Shown piece after piece: positions 47,871-59,321 of a stretch of 64,000 bases of DNA. The DNA lies in NCBI GenBank assembly GCA_043763155.1, contig JAYULW010000050.1:12236-76235 (forward strand), given 5' to 3'. Position numbers and translations under genes: made by a program. The notes beneath the pieces were generated by a model that was not told the DNA's origin, ran no database searches, and saw only the letters and a program-made list of their open reading frames with translations. The DNA comes from Alphaproteobacteria bacterium. GTDB taxonomy: Bacteria; Pseudomonadota; Alphaproteobacteria; Rickettsiales; SXRF01. How positions within the stretch are numbered: position 1 is the first letter of the stretch; the number at the start of each line of letters is the position of its first letter.

Positions 47871-48446
47871 ATGTCTGCCGTAATCCTCACCGGGCTGGGA
47901 AATCCGGGAGCCTCATATGCCGCAAACCGGCATAATGTCGGCTTCATGGTAATTGACCGCCTGGTGAGTGATTACAATTTTCCCAAGCCCTCCGCCAAAT
48001 TCGGCGGCATGTTGTCTGAAGGCCGCGTGGGCCTGCATAAAGTCTTCGCCTTCAAGCCCATGGGCTACATGAACACCTCCGGCGGCCCCCTTGGCCAACT
48101 ACTGAATTTCTACAAGCTAACCCCTGAAAACGTCACCGTGCTGCACGACGAGCTGGACCTTGAGCCATTCCGCCTGCGCATCAAAACCGGCGGCGGCAAC
48201 GGCGGGCACAACGGCCTGAAAAGCATAGACGCCCATATCGGGCAGGACTACAAACGCGTGCGCATCGGCATCGGCCATCCCGGCCACAAGGATTTGGTAT
48301 CTGATTACGTGCTTTCCGACTTCGCCAAAGCCGAAAAGCCCGCGCTCGACACCATGGTCGCCGAAATGTCGCGCCACATGCCCATGCTGCTACAGGGCGA
48401 CGAGGCCGGTTACATGAACAAGATCAACATAGCGTTACAGGCATGA
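47871..48446 (+). CDS. pth: Peptidyl-tRNA hydrolase
   Basis: LGNPGASYAANRHNVGF and GGHNGLKS. Confidence 0.95.
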   Translation: MSAVILTGLGNPGASYAANRHNVGFMVIDRLVSDYNFPKPSAKFGGMLSEGRVGLHKVFAFKPMGYMNTSGGPLGQLLNFYKLTPENVTVLHDELDLEPFRLRIKTGGGNGGHNGLKSIDAHIGQDYKRVRIGIGHPGHKDLVSDYVLSDFAKAEKPALDTMVAEMSRHMPMLLQGDEAGYMNKINIALQA

Positions 48447-48868
48447 AAATCAAAACCGCAAGCATCCTGCAAGCCCATCTGGAAATGGCCAAGCACCGTT
48501 CCACTGAATTCCGCAACACCCCCGTTGACGCGCCACTCACCCCAGACGAAGAGCAGGCATTCACCATCATGCGCCTTCGCCTGCAAAATGCCGCCGACCC
48601 GCGCCCCTTCAACGATTGCCTCGCCCGGCACGGCAAAAAAGCCATGCTGCAAACCTACGCCCTGCCCTTGCGCGTTATGGGCGTCCCGCATCTGTGGTTT
48701 GTGTGTAATGCTGTCCTTGCCCTGATCGTATTCACCATCACGCAGGACCTGATCCTGATGGGCCTGCTTGCCCTTTCCGTGCATATCGGCATTGCGCTGA
48801 TGTACAAACTCAAGCACAAAGACATCTATCAAGAAAACATCCAGAACATCATCAAGGGAATAAAATAA
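48443..48868 (+). CDS. Hypothetical 141-aa two-TM membrane protein inserted between pth and ychF
   Basis: ATGA overlap with the pth stop and TAATG overlap with the ychF start. The segment LPLRVMGVPHLWFVCNAVLALIVF...HIGIALMYKLKHKD loosely recalls VirB3/TrbD-type proteins. Confidence 0.55.
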   Translation: MKIKTASILQAHLEMAKHRSTEFRNTPVDAPLTPDEEQAFTIMRLRLQNAADPRPFNDCLARHGKKAMLQTYALPLRVMGVPHLWFVCNAVLALIVFTITQDLILMGLLALSVHIGIALMYKLKHKDIYQENIQNIIKGIK

Positions 48869-49971
48869 TGGGTTTCAAATGCGGTATCGTGGGCCTTCCT
48901 AACGTTGGCAAATCCACCCTGTTCAACGCGCTTCTTTCCACCGCGCAGGCCGAAGCCGCGAACTATCCCTTCTGCACCATCGAGCCGAATGTGGGCCGCG
49001 TAAGCGTGCCCGACGAGCGCGTGGAAAAACTCGCCAAGATCGCAAGCTCCGCACAGCTCATCCCCACCCAGCTCGAATTCGTAGACATCGCAGGTCTGGT
49101 GCGCGGCGCTTCCAAAGGCGAAGGCCTCGGCAACCAGTTCCTCTCCCACATCCGCGAAGTAGACGCCATCATTTATGTGCTGCGCTGCTTTGAAGACGGC
49201 AACATCACCCATGTCGAAGGCCGCGTAGACCCCAGGTCCGACGCCGACATCGTAGAAACCGAACTGGTCATCGCCGACCTCGAAAGCCTGGAAAAACGCC
49301 TCCCCAACCTCCAGAAAAAAGCCAAAGGCGGCGACAAGGAATCCATCGAAACCGTGGCCATGATCGAGCGCGTGCTGCCCGTCGTATCGCAAGGCCACCC
49401 CGCCCGCATGACCGAGCTGCGCGACGAGTCCGAGCGCAAGCAGCTGAAGCTGCTCCAGCTCCTCACCTCCAAGCCCGTCATGTATGTGTGCAACGTAGAC
49501 GAAGATTCTGCTGCTAACGGCAACGAGCTGTCCAATAAAGTCGCCGAAATGGCCAATAAAAAAGGCGCTCCCTGCGTTGTCATTTCCGCTCGCATCGAAG
49601 CCGAAATCTCCATGATGGATACACCCGAAGACAAGCAGGAATTCCTCGATTCGCTGGGCCTCAAGGAAACCGGCCTCTCCCTCATCGTCAAAGCCGGCTA
49701 CAAACTCCTCGATTTGGTAACCTACTTCACCATCGGGCCGAAAGAAGCCCGCGCATGGACCATCACCCGCGGCACCCAGGGCCCCGGCGCAGCGGGCGTC
49801 ATCCACACCGACTTCGAAAAAGGCTTCATCCGCGCCGAAACCATCGCCTACAACGACTACATCACCCACAACGGCGAACAAGGCGCGAAAGAAGCCGGAA
49901 AATTCCGTTTAGAAGGCAAAGAATATGTAGTACAAGATGGAGACGTACTGCACTTCCGGTTTAACAACTAA
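48868..49971 (+). CDS. ychF: Redox-regulated ATPase YchF
   Basis: GIVGLPNVGKSTLFNAL, DIAGLVRGAS and a TGS-like C-terminus. Confidence 0.95.
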   Translation: MGFKCGIVGLPNVGKSTLFNALLSTAQAEAANYPFCTIEPNVGRVSVPDERVEKLAKIASSAQLIPTQLEFVDIAGLVRGASKGEGLGNQFLSHIREVDAIIYVLRCFEDGNITHVEGRVDPRSDADIVETELVIADLESLEKRLPNLQKKAKGGDKESIETVAMIERVLPVVSQGHPARMTELRDESERKQLKLLQLLTSKPVMYVCNVDEDSAANGNELSNKVAEMANKKGAPCVVISARIEAEISMMDTPEDKQEFLDSLGLKETGLSLIVKAGYKLLDLVTYFTIGPKEARAWTITRGTQGPGAAGVIHTDFEKGFIRAETIAYNDYITHNGEQGAKEAGKFRLEGKEYVVQDGDVLHFRFNN

Positions 49972-50003
49972 CCGGGTTTAACAGCTAAAAATGTGTTAGG
50001 GTG

Positions 50004-52135
<2,132 letters not shown>

Positions 52136-52153
52136 TCCACCCAACGCAAAAAA

Positions 52154-52184
52154 GGGCCTACGGCAAAGCCGAGGCCCTTTTTTT
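52154..52184 (+). terminator. Rho-independent terminator of aatA
   Basis: GGGCCT-acggcaaagccg-AGGCCC followed by T7. Confidence 0.65.
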
Positions 52185-52237
52185 ATACCTGAAATCCGGG
52201 CGGGGTTTTTTTCATTATGGTGAGTGCAATGCAAGGC

Positions 52238-52280
52238 GCAGGATTGCGAAGTGTAGCGGAAGCTACATGAGCAAGCCTGC
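52238..52280. repeat. Imperfect 43-nt hairpin element
   Basis: GCAGG-A-TTGC-GAAG-TGTAGC-[GGAA]-GCTACA-TGA-GCAA-G-CCTGC, about 15 bp of pairing. Function unknown. Confidence 0.4.
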
Positions 52281-52305
52281 AACGCCGCAGTGCGCCGCCA
52301 GAATG

Positions 52306-52336
52306 AAAAAAAAGCCAGACTCGGGGGGAGTCTGGC
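52306..52336 (-). terminator. Strong orphan Rho-independent terminator
   Basis: Minus strand GCCAGACUC-CCCCC-GAGUCUGGC followed by U8. It lies about 170 nt beyond the LysR-family stop. Confidence 0.65.
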
Positions 52337-52455
52337 TAAGCTATAACAGGGAGGATGTTGGGCGGCAGCCACCTAAATGACCGGGGCCCAACGATGAGCG
52401 GTAAAAGATTACTCGCACTCACAGGAGGGATCATAGCCATTCCCTCACCGATTAA
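52306..52455 (-). ncRNA. Candidate sRNA or structured 3'UTR with CCUCC motifs
   Basis: Minus-strand hairpins GAGGGA..UCCCUC and GUUGGGC..GCCCAAC, then an apparently unpaired AUCCUCCCUGU just before the terminator. A possible TTAGAC-18 nt-TATAGA promoter lies at about 52460-52490. The 5' end is not determined. Confidence 0.3.
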
Positions 52456-52506
52456 CATATCTATATTTATAGGTCTGCTATGCGTCTAACGCATGGCTAA
52501 AAAGCC

Positions 52507-53403
52507 CTAGACCAGCCCATCTTCCGAGAGCTTACGCACAATGAAGTCCCTGAAAACCTTGATTCTTTTGGAATTACGCAGTTCCAGCGAATAGATTAGG
52601 TACACATCCGTCACCGGCCCCTTAAGCTCCGGCAGCACTTTTGTCACCTGCGTCAAGGACTGCATCATATAATCCGGCACCCCGCCAATACCGATGCCGC
52701 TCTCCACCGCCTTCAAAATACCCACAAGGCTGTTCACCTTAAACGCTGCCTTGCGCTCTTCATGCGCACCGCCGCCCGCCTTCATCACCCAGTTCACTTC
52801 CGCAAACGGCAGGCGCGTATCTTCACCAAACGTCACCAACCGATGATCCTTCAAATCCGCAGGCTTCTGCGGAATCCCATAGGTCCGCAAATAATCGTTC
52901 GACGCATACAGCGAGTTGTTCAACGTCGTAAGGTGCTTCTGCACAAGGTCAGGATGCTTCGCCGGGAACAGGCGAATCGCCACATCCGCTTCGCGCATCG
53001 TCAAATCCAGCTCGCGGTCATCCACCAAAAGCGTCACCACAATCTCCGGATACGACTCCGCAAACTCGCGCATATGGGGGGTGAGCCACGTGGTGCCAAT
53101 GGCCACCGGCGCCGTAATCTTCAGCGGCCCCCTCGGCCTTTCCTTGCTTTCCAGCAGCGCATTTTCCGCAGCCGATAGCCGCGTCAAAACATCGCTCACC
53201 GTACGGAACAGGATTTCCCCCTGCTCAGTCAGCATCAAGCCCCGCGCATGGCGGTGAAACAGCGAAACCTGCAAACCCTCCTCCAGCGCGCTAATCTGGC
53301 GGCTAATCGCCGACTGGCTCAAATTCAGCATTTCCCCCGCGCGCGTAAAACTTTGCGCGGTGGCCACCGTATGAAACGTGCGTAATTTATCCCAATCCAT
53401 CAT
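52507..53403 (-). CDS. LysR-family transcriptional regulator
   Basis: N-terminal wHTH (LRTFHTVATAQSFTRAGEMLNLSQSAISRQISALE) plus a LysR substrate domain. Confidence 0.85.
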   Translation of the reverse strand: MMDWDKLRTFHTVATAQSFTRAGEMLNLSQSAISRQISALEEGLQVSLFHRHARGLMLTEQGEILFRTVSDVLTRLSAAENALLESKERPRGPLKITAPVAIGTTWLTPHMREFAESYPEIVVTLLVDDRELDLTMREADVAIRLFPAKHPDLVQKHLTTLNNSLYASNDYLRTYGIPQKPADLKDHRLVTFGEDTRLPFAEVNWVMKAGGGAHEERKAAFKVNSLVGILKAVESGIGIGGVPDYMMQSLTQVTKVLPELKGPVTDVYLIYSLELRNSKRIKVFRDFIVRKLSEDGLV

Positions 53404-53418
53404 ACCGCCGCTTTCGTG

Positions 53419-54369
53419 TTAGTGCTGCCCGCCCGTGGCAATGAACCGCTCCGCCTCAAGCGCCGCCATGCAACCCGTGCCCGCCGCCGTCACCGCCTGG
53501 CGGAAAATCTTGTCCTGCACGTCACCTGCCGCAAACACGCCCGGAATGTTGGTGCGCGTGCTGCCCGGCGTGGTCACAATATAGCCCTCGTCGTCGGTCG
53601 TAATCGTGCCCTTGAAAAGCTCCGTGTTCGGCGTGTGCCCAATAGCCACAAACACCCCGTCGGTCTTGAAGTCCGTCACTTCCCCGGTCTTGATATTCTT
53701 GAGCTTCACACCCGTAAGCGAGGTTGGGTTTTCCGTGCCCGTGAATTCTTCAATCACGCTGTCCCAAATCACAGAAACCTTCGGATGCGCAAACAACCGC
53801 TGCTGCCCAATCTTTTCCGCACGCAACGAATCGCGGCGGTGAATCAATGTAACTTTGGTCGCATGGTTGGTAAGGTACAAAGCCTCTTCCACCGCGCTAT
53901 TCCCACCACCAACAACCACAACTTCCTTACCCTTAAAGAAAAACCCATCGCATGTCGCACACGCCGAAACGCCGAACCCGGCAAAATGTTTCTCCGTAGG
54001 AATGCCCAGCCAACGCGCGGTAGCACCCGTGGCAATCACCAGCGTGTCGGCAATATACGTATCGCCCGACTCGCCCTTGCACACAAACGGACGCTTGGAA
54101 AAATCCACCGACATAATCATATCATGAAAAATCTGCGTGCCCACATGCGCCGCCTGTTTTTCCATCTGCTCCATCAGCCACGGCCCCTGCACCGCATGTT
54201 CAAAACCGGGGAAATTTTCCACATCAGTGGTGATGGTGAGCTGCCCGCCGGGCTGCAATCCATGCACCATAATGGGGTTAAGCGATGCGCGCGCCGCATA
54301 AATCGCAGCCGTGCATCCGGCAGCGCCGGAACCGATGATAAGAACTTTGGTCTGATGAGTCTGTGCCAT
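53419..54369 (-). CDS. trxB: Thioredoxin-disulfide reductase
   Basis: IIGSGAAGCTAAIYAAR, redox-active CATCDG, and GGGNSAVEEALYL. Confidence 0.95.
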   Translation of the reverse strand: MAQTHQTKVLIIGSGAAGCTAAIYAARASLNPIMVHGLQPGGQLTITTDVENFPGFEHAVQGPWLMEQMEKQAAHVGTQIFHDMIMSVDFSKRPFVCKGESGDTYIADTLVIATGATARWLGIPTEKHFAGFGVSACATCDGFFFKGKEVVVVGGGNSAVEEALYLTNHATKVTLIHRRDSLRAEKIGQQRLFAHPKVSVIWDSVIEEFTGTENPTSLTGVKLKNIKTGEVTDFKTDGVFVAIGHTPNTELFKGTITTDDEGYIVTTPGSTRTNIPGVFAAGDVQDKIFRQAVTAAGTGCMAALEAERFIATGGQH

Positions 54370-54434
54370 AAATTTTCTTCTGCAGAGATGGAAATGCCGG
54401 GCGCAAGGCCCGGCACACCGTGTTTAGGATAGTA

Positions 54435-55073
54435 TTAGAGCTTACCCGAATTCTTCTTCAGGTATTTAGCAACGCCCGCTGCGTCGGCCTTCATGCCTTC
54501 GTCGCCGCGTGCCCAGCCAGCGGGGCACACTTCGCCGTGTTCTTCGTGGAACTGCAACGCATCAACCATGCGCAGCGCTTCGTCCACATTGCGGCCCAGC
54601 GGCAAATCATTCACCACCTGGTGGCGCACAATGCCGTTACCGTCAATCATGAAGCTACCGCGGAATGCAACCGCACCGCCCAACAACACGTCATAATCAC
54701 GCGCGATGGACTTGGTAAGGTCGGCAACCATCGGGAACTGCACATTGCCAATGCCACCATCGTTGATAGCGGTATTTTTCCATGCCAGATGCGTAAACTG
54801 CGAATCAACCGACACCGCAATCACTTCCGTCTTGCGCAGTTTGAATTCCTTGATGCGGTTGTTAAACGCAATGATTTCCGAAGGGCACACAAACGTGAAA
54901 TCCAGCGGATAGAAGAACAACACGCCGGTTTTGCCTTTTTTGGTCACTTTGCCCGATGCGTCCTTCTTGATGCCAAGATAGGAAAGCAGGTTGAAGTTTT
55001 CTTCGATGCTGTTGTCGGGCATCACGGCCTTCGCGGTAAAATCAGGGGCTTGTTTGCCAACCAGTACGCTCAT
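54435..55073 (-). CDS. Typical 2-Cys peroxiredoxin (AhpC/Tsa family)
   Basis: FFYPLDFTFVCPSEI peroxidatic Cys and GEVCPAGW resolving Cys. Confidence 0.9.
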   Translation of the reverse strand: MSVLVGKQAPDFTAKAVMPDNSIEENFNLLSYLGIKKDASGKVTKKGKTGVLFFYPLDFTFVCPSEIIAFNNRIKEFKLRKTEVIAVSVDSQFTHLAWKNTAINDGGIGNVQFPMVADLTKSIARDYDVLLGGAVAFRGSFMIDGNGIVRHQVVNDLPLGRNVDEALRMVDALQFHEEHGEVCPAGWARGDEGMKADAAGVAKYLKKNSGKL

Positions 55074-55217
55074 TGTAGTATCTCCTCAGAAATTGGATGA
55101 ATGGCTTAAAACGCGTCAGCGCGTTAGGTCTTGTGAATATAGACGTTAATGGGTAAGGTTCAAGCATAGAAAGCCTTGAAATTCTTTTTCCCGCAACCAT
55201 CTAATAATAAGAACATT

Positions 55218-55910
55218 ATGCGATTCCGTAAGCCCGAACTCATCCCCACACTGTTCATCATTGGCGCAACTATTTTGCTCTTTGGCCTTGGCTTCTGGCA
55301 AGTGCAGCGCCTGCAATGGAAAAACGAACAGGTCGCCCATATCGAAGAAGCGCAAAAAATGGACGCGCTCGGCACCCTGCCCGACGACTTAAGCGGCATC
55401 GAATACCGCGCCGCCATTTTAACCGGCACCTTCTTAAACGATAAAATGTTCCACATGGTCGGCCACCCGCAGGGCGAAGGCCCGGGCTTTTACGTGGTCA
55501 CCCCCTTCCGCCTCGAAGACGATGGCCGTGTCATCCTCGTCAATCGCGGCTTCGCCCCCGACGGACACGAAAATCCCGTGGATGGTGTGCAAACCGTGCG
55601 CGGCATCATCCGCCCCAACCGCCCCCACCGCACCTTCATGCCCGACAATTTCCCCGATAAAAATGTCTGGTTCTACGAAGACATCCCCGCCATGAGCAAA
55701 ACCACCGGCGCAGAACTCCTGCCCCTGCTGCTCGAACAAACCGGCGACGTGCAAAAGAACGTGTACCCCGCCCCCTCCGACGGCAAAATCACCCTGCGCA
55801 ATGACCACCTGAACTACGCAATCACATGGTTTGCGCTCGGCATCATCGGCCTCATCATGTTCGCCGCCTACAACCGCATCCCCGAACCTAAAAAAGAAGA
55901 AAACGCATGA
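55218..55910 (+). CDS. SURF1 family cytochrome oxidase assembly protein
   Basis: LGFWQVQRLQWK N-terminal motif and C-terminal NDHLNYAITWFALG. ATG 55218 preferred over TTG 55176. Confidence 0.8.
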   Translation: MRFRKPELIPTLFIIGATILLFGLGFWQVQRLQWKNEQVAHIEEAQKMDALGTLPDDLSGIEYRAAILTGTFLNDKMFHMVGHPQGEGPGFYVVTPFRLEDDGRVILVNRGFAPDGHENPVDGVQTVRGIIRPNRPHRTFMPDNFPDKNVWFYEDIPAMSKTTGAELLPLLLEQTGDVQKNVYPAPSDGKITLRNDHLNYAITWFALGIIGLIMFAAYNRIPEPKKEENA

Positions 55911-57397
55911 CCGCCTACGAAGACCTTACCAAAATCTTCCGCCAGTATTTCGCCCTAAACGGTGCCAGCGCCATGCTAGGCTGGGACAACGCTACCATGA
56001 TGCCCGAAAACGCAGGCGAAGCCCGCGGCGAGCAACTCGCAGCCCTAGCCGAAATCTGCCACGAACTCATCACCCATCCCAAACTCGGCGACCTTTTTGC
56101 AAATGCCGAAGCCCAAAGCTCCGACCTCACCGACTGGCAACTCGCAAACCTGCGCGAAATGAAACGCGGCTGGCAGCACCAGACCGCCGTGCCCGCCGAT
56201 TTGGTTTCTGAAATCAGCAAAGCCACCCACGAATCCGAACTCTTCTGGCGCCACGCCCGCAAGGAAAACAACTTCAAGGACTTCCTGCCCCATCAGGCAA
56301 ACGTGCTGCGCCTCATCCGCGAATCCGCCCAAGCCAAATCCGCTGCCATGGGCCTCTCGCCCTATGACGCGCTCCTCGACCAATACGACCCCGGCACCAC
56401 CTCCGCCATGGTGGATGTCATCTTCGACGACCTCGCAGCCTTCCTTCCCGGCTTCATCCGCGCCGTCATGGAAAAACAAGCGGGCGAAACACCCCCCATC
56501 GAACTCCCCGGCCCCTTCCCCGCCGCAACACAAAAAAAGCTCGGCCTCACCATGATGACCAAGCTCGGCTTCGACTTCACCCGTGGCCGTTTGGACGAAT
56601 CCACCCACCCCTTCTGCGGCGGCGTTCCCGGCGACATCCGCCTCACTACGCGCTACAACGAAGATGATTTCCTCTCCGGCTTCTTCGGCATCATGCACGA
56701 AACCGGCCACGCGCTGTACGAAATGGGCCTGCCCGAACGCTGGCGCAACCAGCCCGTCGGCGAAGCCCGCGGCATGGCCTTCCACGAAAGCCAGTCGCTG
56801 CTGTCCGAAATGCAATTAACCCTAAGCATGGATTTCCTCACCTACGCCGCCCCCCTCATGCGCGAAGCCTTCGCCGCATCCGGCCCCGCATGGGAACCCG
56901 AAAACATCTACCGCTCCGTCACCCGCGTAAAACCCAGCTTCATCCGCGTAGACGCCGACGAGGCAACCTACCCCGCCCACGTCATCCTGCGCTACCGTCT
57001 GGAGAAGCGCATGATTGAAGGCTCCCTTGAAGCCAAAGACCTCCCCGAAGCCTTCGCTAACGAAATGCAAAATCTCCTCGGCATCACCCCCGACACCGAC
57101 ACAAACGGCTGCATGCAGGACATCCACTGGCCCGATGGCGCGTTCGGCTATTTCCCCACCTACACGCTGGGGGCCATGACCGCCGCCCAGCTCATGGATT
57201 CGGCCCGCAAAACCATCCCCGGCCTGTCCACCCACATCCAAAAGGGCGAATTCAGCTATCTCTTTGATTGGTTACGCAAAAATGTGCATGAAATGGGCAG
57301 CAAACTTTCCTCCCCCGACCTGCTGAAACATGCCACTGGCCAAACGCTGAACGCCGCGATATACAAAAACCATCTCCAAACCCGTTATCTTTCTTAA
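55907..57397 (+). CDS. Carboxypeptidase M32 (Taq-like metallocarboxypeptidase)
   Basis: HPFCGG and HETGHALYE (HExxH), plus DIHWPDGAFGYFPTYTLG. Confidence 0.85.
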   Translation: MTAYEDLTKIFRQYFALNGASAMLGWDNATMMPENAGEARGEQLAALAEICHELITHPKLGDLFANAEAQSSDLTDWQLANLREMKRGWQHQTAVPADLVSEISKATHESELFWRHARKENNFKDFLPHQANVLRLIRESAQAKSAAMGLSPYDALLDQYDPGTTSAMVDVIFDDLAAFLPGFIRAVMEKQAGETPPIELPGPFPAATQKKLGLTMMTKLGFDFTRGRLDESTHPFCGGVPGDIRLTTRYNEDDFLSGFFGIMHETGHALYEMGLPERWRNQPVGEARGMAFHESQSLLSEMQLTLSMDFLTYAAPLMREAFAASGPAWEPENIYRSVTRVKPSFIRVDADEATYPAHVILRYRLEKRMIEGSLEAKDLPEAFANEMQNLLGITPDTDTNGCMQDIHWPDGAFGYFPTYTLGAMTAAQLMDSARKTIPGLSTHIQKGEFSYLFDWLRKNVHEMGSKLSSPDLLKHATGQTLNAAIYKNHLQTRYLS

Positions 57398-57412
57398 AAA
57401 ACAAGGATTCCC

Positions 57413-58804
57413 GTGACCCGTTACATCTCCACTCGCGGCACCGCACCTGTCCTCTCCTTCGAAGATGCTGTACTCGCTGGCCTCGCCACCGACGGCGGCC
57501 TCTACGTTCCCGAACACGCGCAGGAATTCTCCATGGCCGAAATTGACGCCATGCAGGCAATGTCCTACCCGGAACTCGCCTACACCGTCATCTCGCGCTT
57601 CACTGGAACTTCGCTGAAGCCCGAAGTGCTGGAGCGCATCGTCGCCGAATCCTACAAAACCTTCCGCCACGCCGCCATCGCGCCCTTAAAGCAAATTGAC
57701 ACCCACACTTTCGTGCTGGAACTTTTCCACGGCCCCACCCTCGCCTTCAAAGATTTCGCCCTGCAATTCCTCGGTCGTCTGCTCGATGAAATTTTGGCCA
57801 AGCGCGAACAAAAATCCGTCGTCATCGGCGCAACCTCCGGCGACACCGGCTCCGCCGCCATCGCAGGTTGCCAGGGCCGCAAGAACATGGACATCTTCAT
57901 CCTGCACCCCAAGGGCCGCGTGTCCGAAGTGCAGCGCCGCCAGATGACCAGCGTGCAAGACACCAACGTCCACAACATCGCCATCGAAGGCACCTTCGAC
58001 GATTGCCAGGACATCGTGAAGGCCCTCTTCGCCGACACGCCCTTCCGCGACAAACACCACCTAAGCGCCGTAAACTCCATCAACTGGGCGCGCATCTTGG
58101 CGCAGGTCGTATATTATTTCTATTCCGCCGTAGCACTCGGCGCACCCGCAAAGAATGTCAGCTTCTCCGTACCCACCGGCAATTTTGGCGATATCTACGC
58201 AGGCCACGTCGCCCGCCGCATGGGCCTGAACATCGAACAACTGGTCATCGCCACCAACAAAAACGACATCCTCGCCCGCTGCCTGCAAACAGGCGTCTAC
58301 AGCATGGAAGACGTAACCCCGACCTTAAGCCCCAGCATGGACATCCAAGTCTCCGGCAACTTCGAGCGCTTGTTGTTCGATTTGTATGACTGCAACGGCG
58401 AAGCCATCACCGAAATGATGGCCGAGTTCCGCAAGAACAAAAAAATCACCCTCTCCACCCTCGCATGGAACCGCCTCAAAGCCGAGTTCACGGCCTGCGC
58501 CATCAGCGATGAAGACACCAAAAAAACCATCGCCACCACCTTCAACACCACCGGCGAACTCCTCGACCCCCACACCGCCGTAGGCTTGGCCGCCGCCCAG
58601 CGCGTGCGCAAAAACACCTCCACCCCCATGATTGTGCTGGCCACCGCCCACCCCTCCAAATTCCCCGACGCGGTCAAAGACGCAAGCACCGTAACCCCCG
58701 AACTACCCCCGCACATGAAAGACCTTTTCAAGCGCCCCGAACGCTGCGAAACCCTGCCGAATGATGTCGCCGCCGTTAAAGCCTTCATCGCCTCCAAGGT
58801 CTGA
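57413..58804 (+). CDS. thrC: Threonine synthase
   Basis: YISTRG, ELFHGPTLAFKDFA (PLP lysine) and TSGDTGSAA. GTG start with AAGGA upstream. Confidence 0.95.
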   Translation: MTRYISTRGTAPVLSFEDAVLAGLATDGGLYVPEHAQEFSMAEIDAMQAMSYPELAYTVISRFTGTSLKPEVLERIVAESYKTFRHAAIAPLKQIDTHTFVLELFHGPTLAFKDFALQFLGRLLDEILAKREQKSVVIGATSGDTGSAAIAGCQGRKNMDIFILHPKGRVSEVQRRQMTSVQDTNVHNIAIEGTFDDCQDIVKALFADTPFRDKHHLSAVNSINWARILAQVVYYFYSAVALGAPAKNVSFSVPTGNFGDIYAGHVARRMGLNIEQLVIATNKNDILARCLQTGVYSMEDVTPTLSPSMDIQVSGNFERLLFDLYDCNGEAITEMMAEFRKNKKITLSTLAWNRLKAEFTACAISDEDTKKTIATTFNTTGELLDPHTAVGLAAAQRVRKNTSTPMIVLATAHPSKFPDAVKDASTVTPELPPHMKDLFKRPERCETLPNDVAAVKAFIASKV

Positions 58805-58807
58805 TGA

Positions 58808-59317
58808 ATGGCCACCAAAACAGCTACACAAGCCAGCATCACCGCCGCCACCGCCGCTGATATTCCCACCATCAGCGCGCTTGCCAATGCCATCTGGCCG
58901 CTCGCCTACAAAGACATTCTAGCTGCCGAACATATCGAAAACATGCTCGCCCGCATCTACGCCCCCGAATCCCTGCAAGCCGAGATGGACGCAGGCCACC
59001 GCTTCTTCCTCGCCTATGAAAACAACACGCCCGTGGCCTACGCCTCCGCCTACAAAGCGGAAAACACCATCTGGCTTAAAAAACTCTACGTCCACCCCGC
59101 ACACAAAGGCCAGGGCATCGGCGCAGCATTGCTAGAAGCCGTAACCCAACCCCATTTTCCCGCCGCCCAAATCCAGCTGCTGGTAAACAAAAACAACACG
59201 CCCGCGCAAAAATTCTACGCGAAAAACGGCTTCACCCAAACAGGCGAAACGCCTGTGCAAATGGGCGATTTCCAGTTCATTGATTTCATCTATTCCCGCC
59301 CCATAACAGAAAAGTAA
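58808..59317 (+). CDS. GNAT family N-acetyltransferase
   Basis: LYVHPAHKGQGIGAALLE acetyl-CoA binding motif. Confidence 0.7.
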   Translation: MATKTATQASITAATAADIPTISALANAIWPLAYKDILAAEHIENMLARIYAPESLQAEMDAGHRFFLAYENNTPVAYASAYKAENTIWLKKLYVHPAHKGQGIGAALLEAVTQPHFPAAQIQLLVNKNNTPAQKFYAKNGFTQTGETPVQMGDFQFIDFIYSRPITEK

Positions 59318-59321
59318 CAAA

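Noticed and set aside
52185-52506. Considered tmRNA, SRP (4.5S) RNA or 6S RNA for the 370-bp gap
   Set aside because: I found no tag reading frame ending in ...LAA/VAA. There is no GGAAGCAGCC-type SRP domain IV motif and no tRNA-like acceptor/T-arm. The 6S call cannot be made from sequence alone. The region is kept only as an unclassified candidate sRNA.
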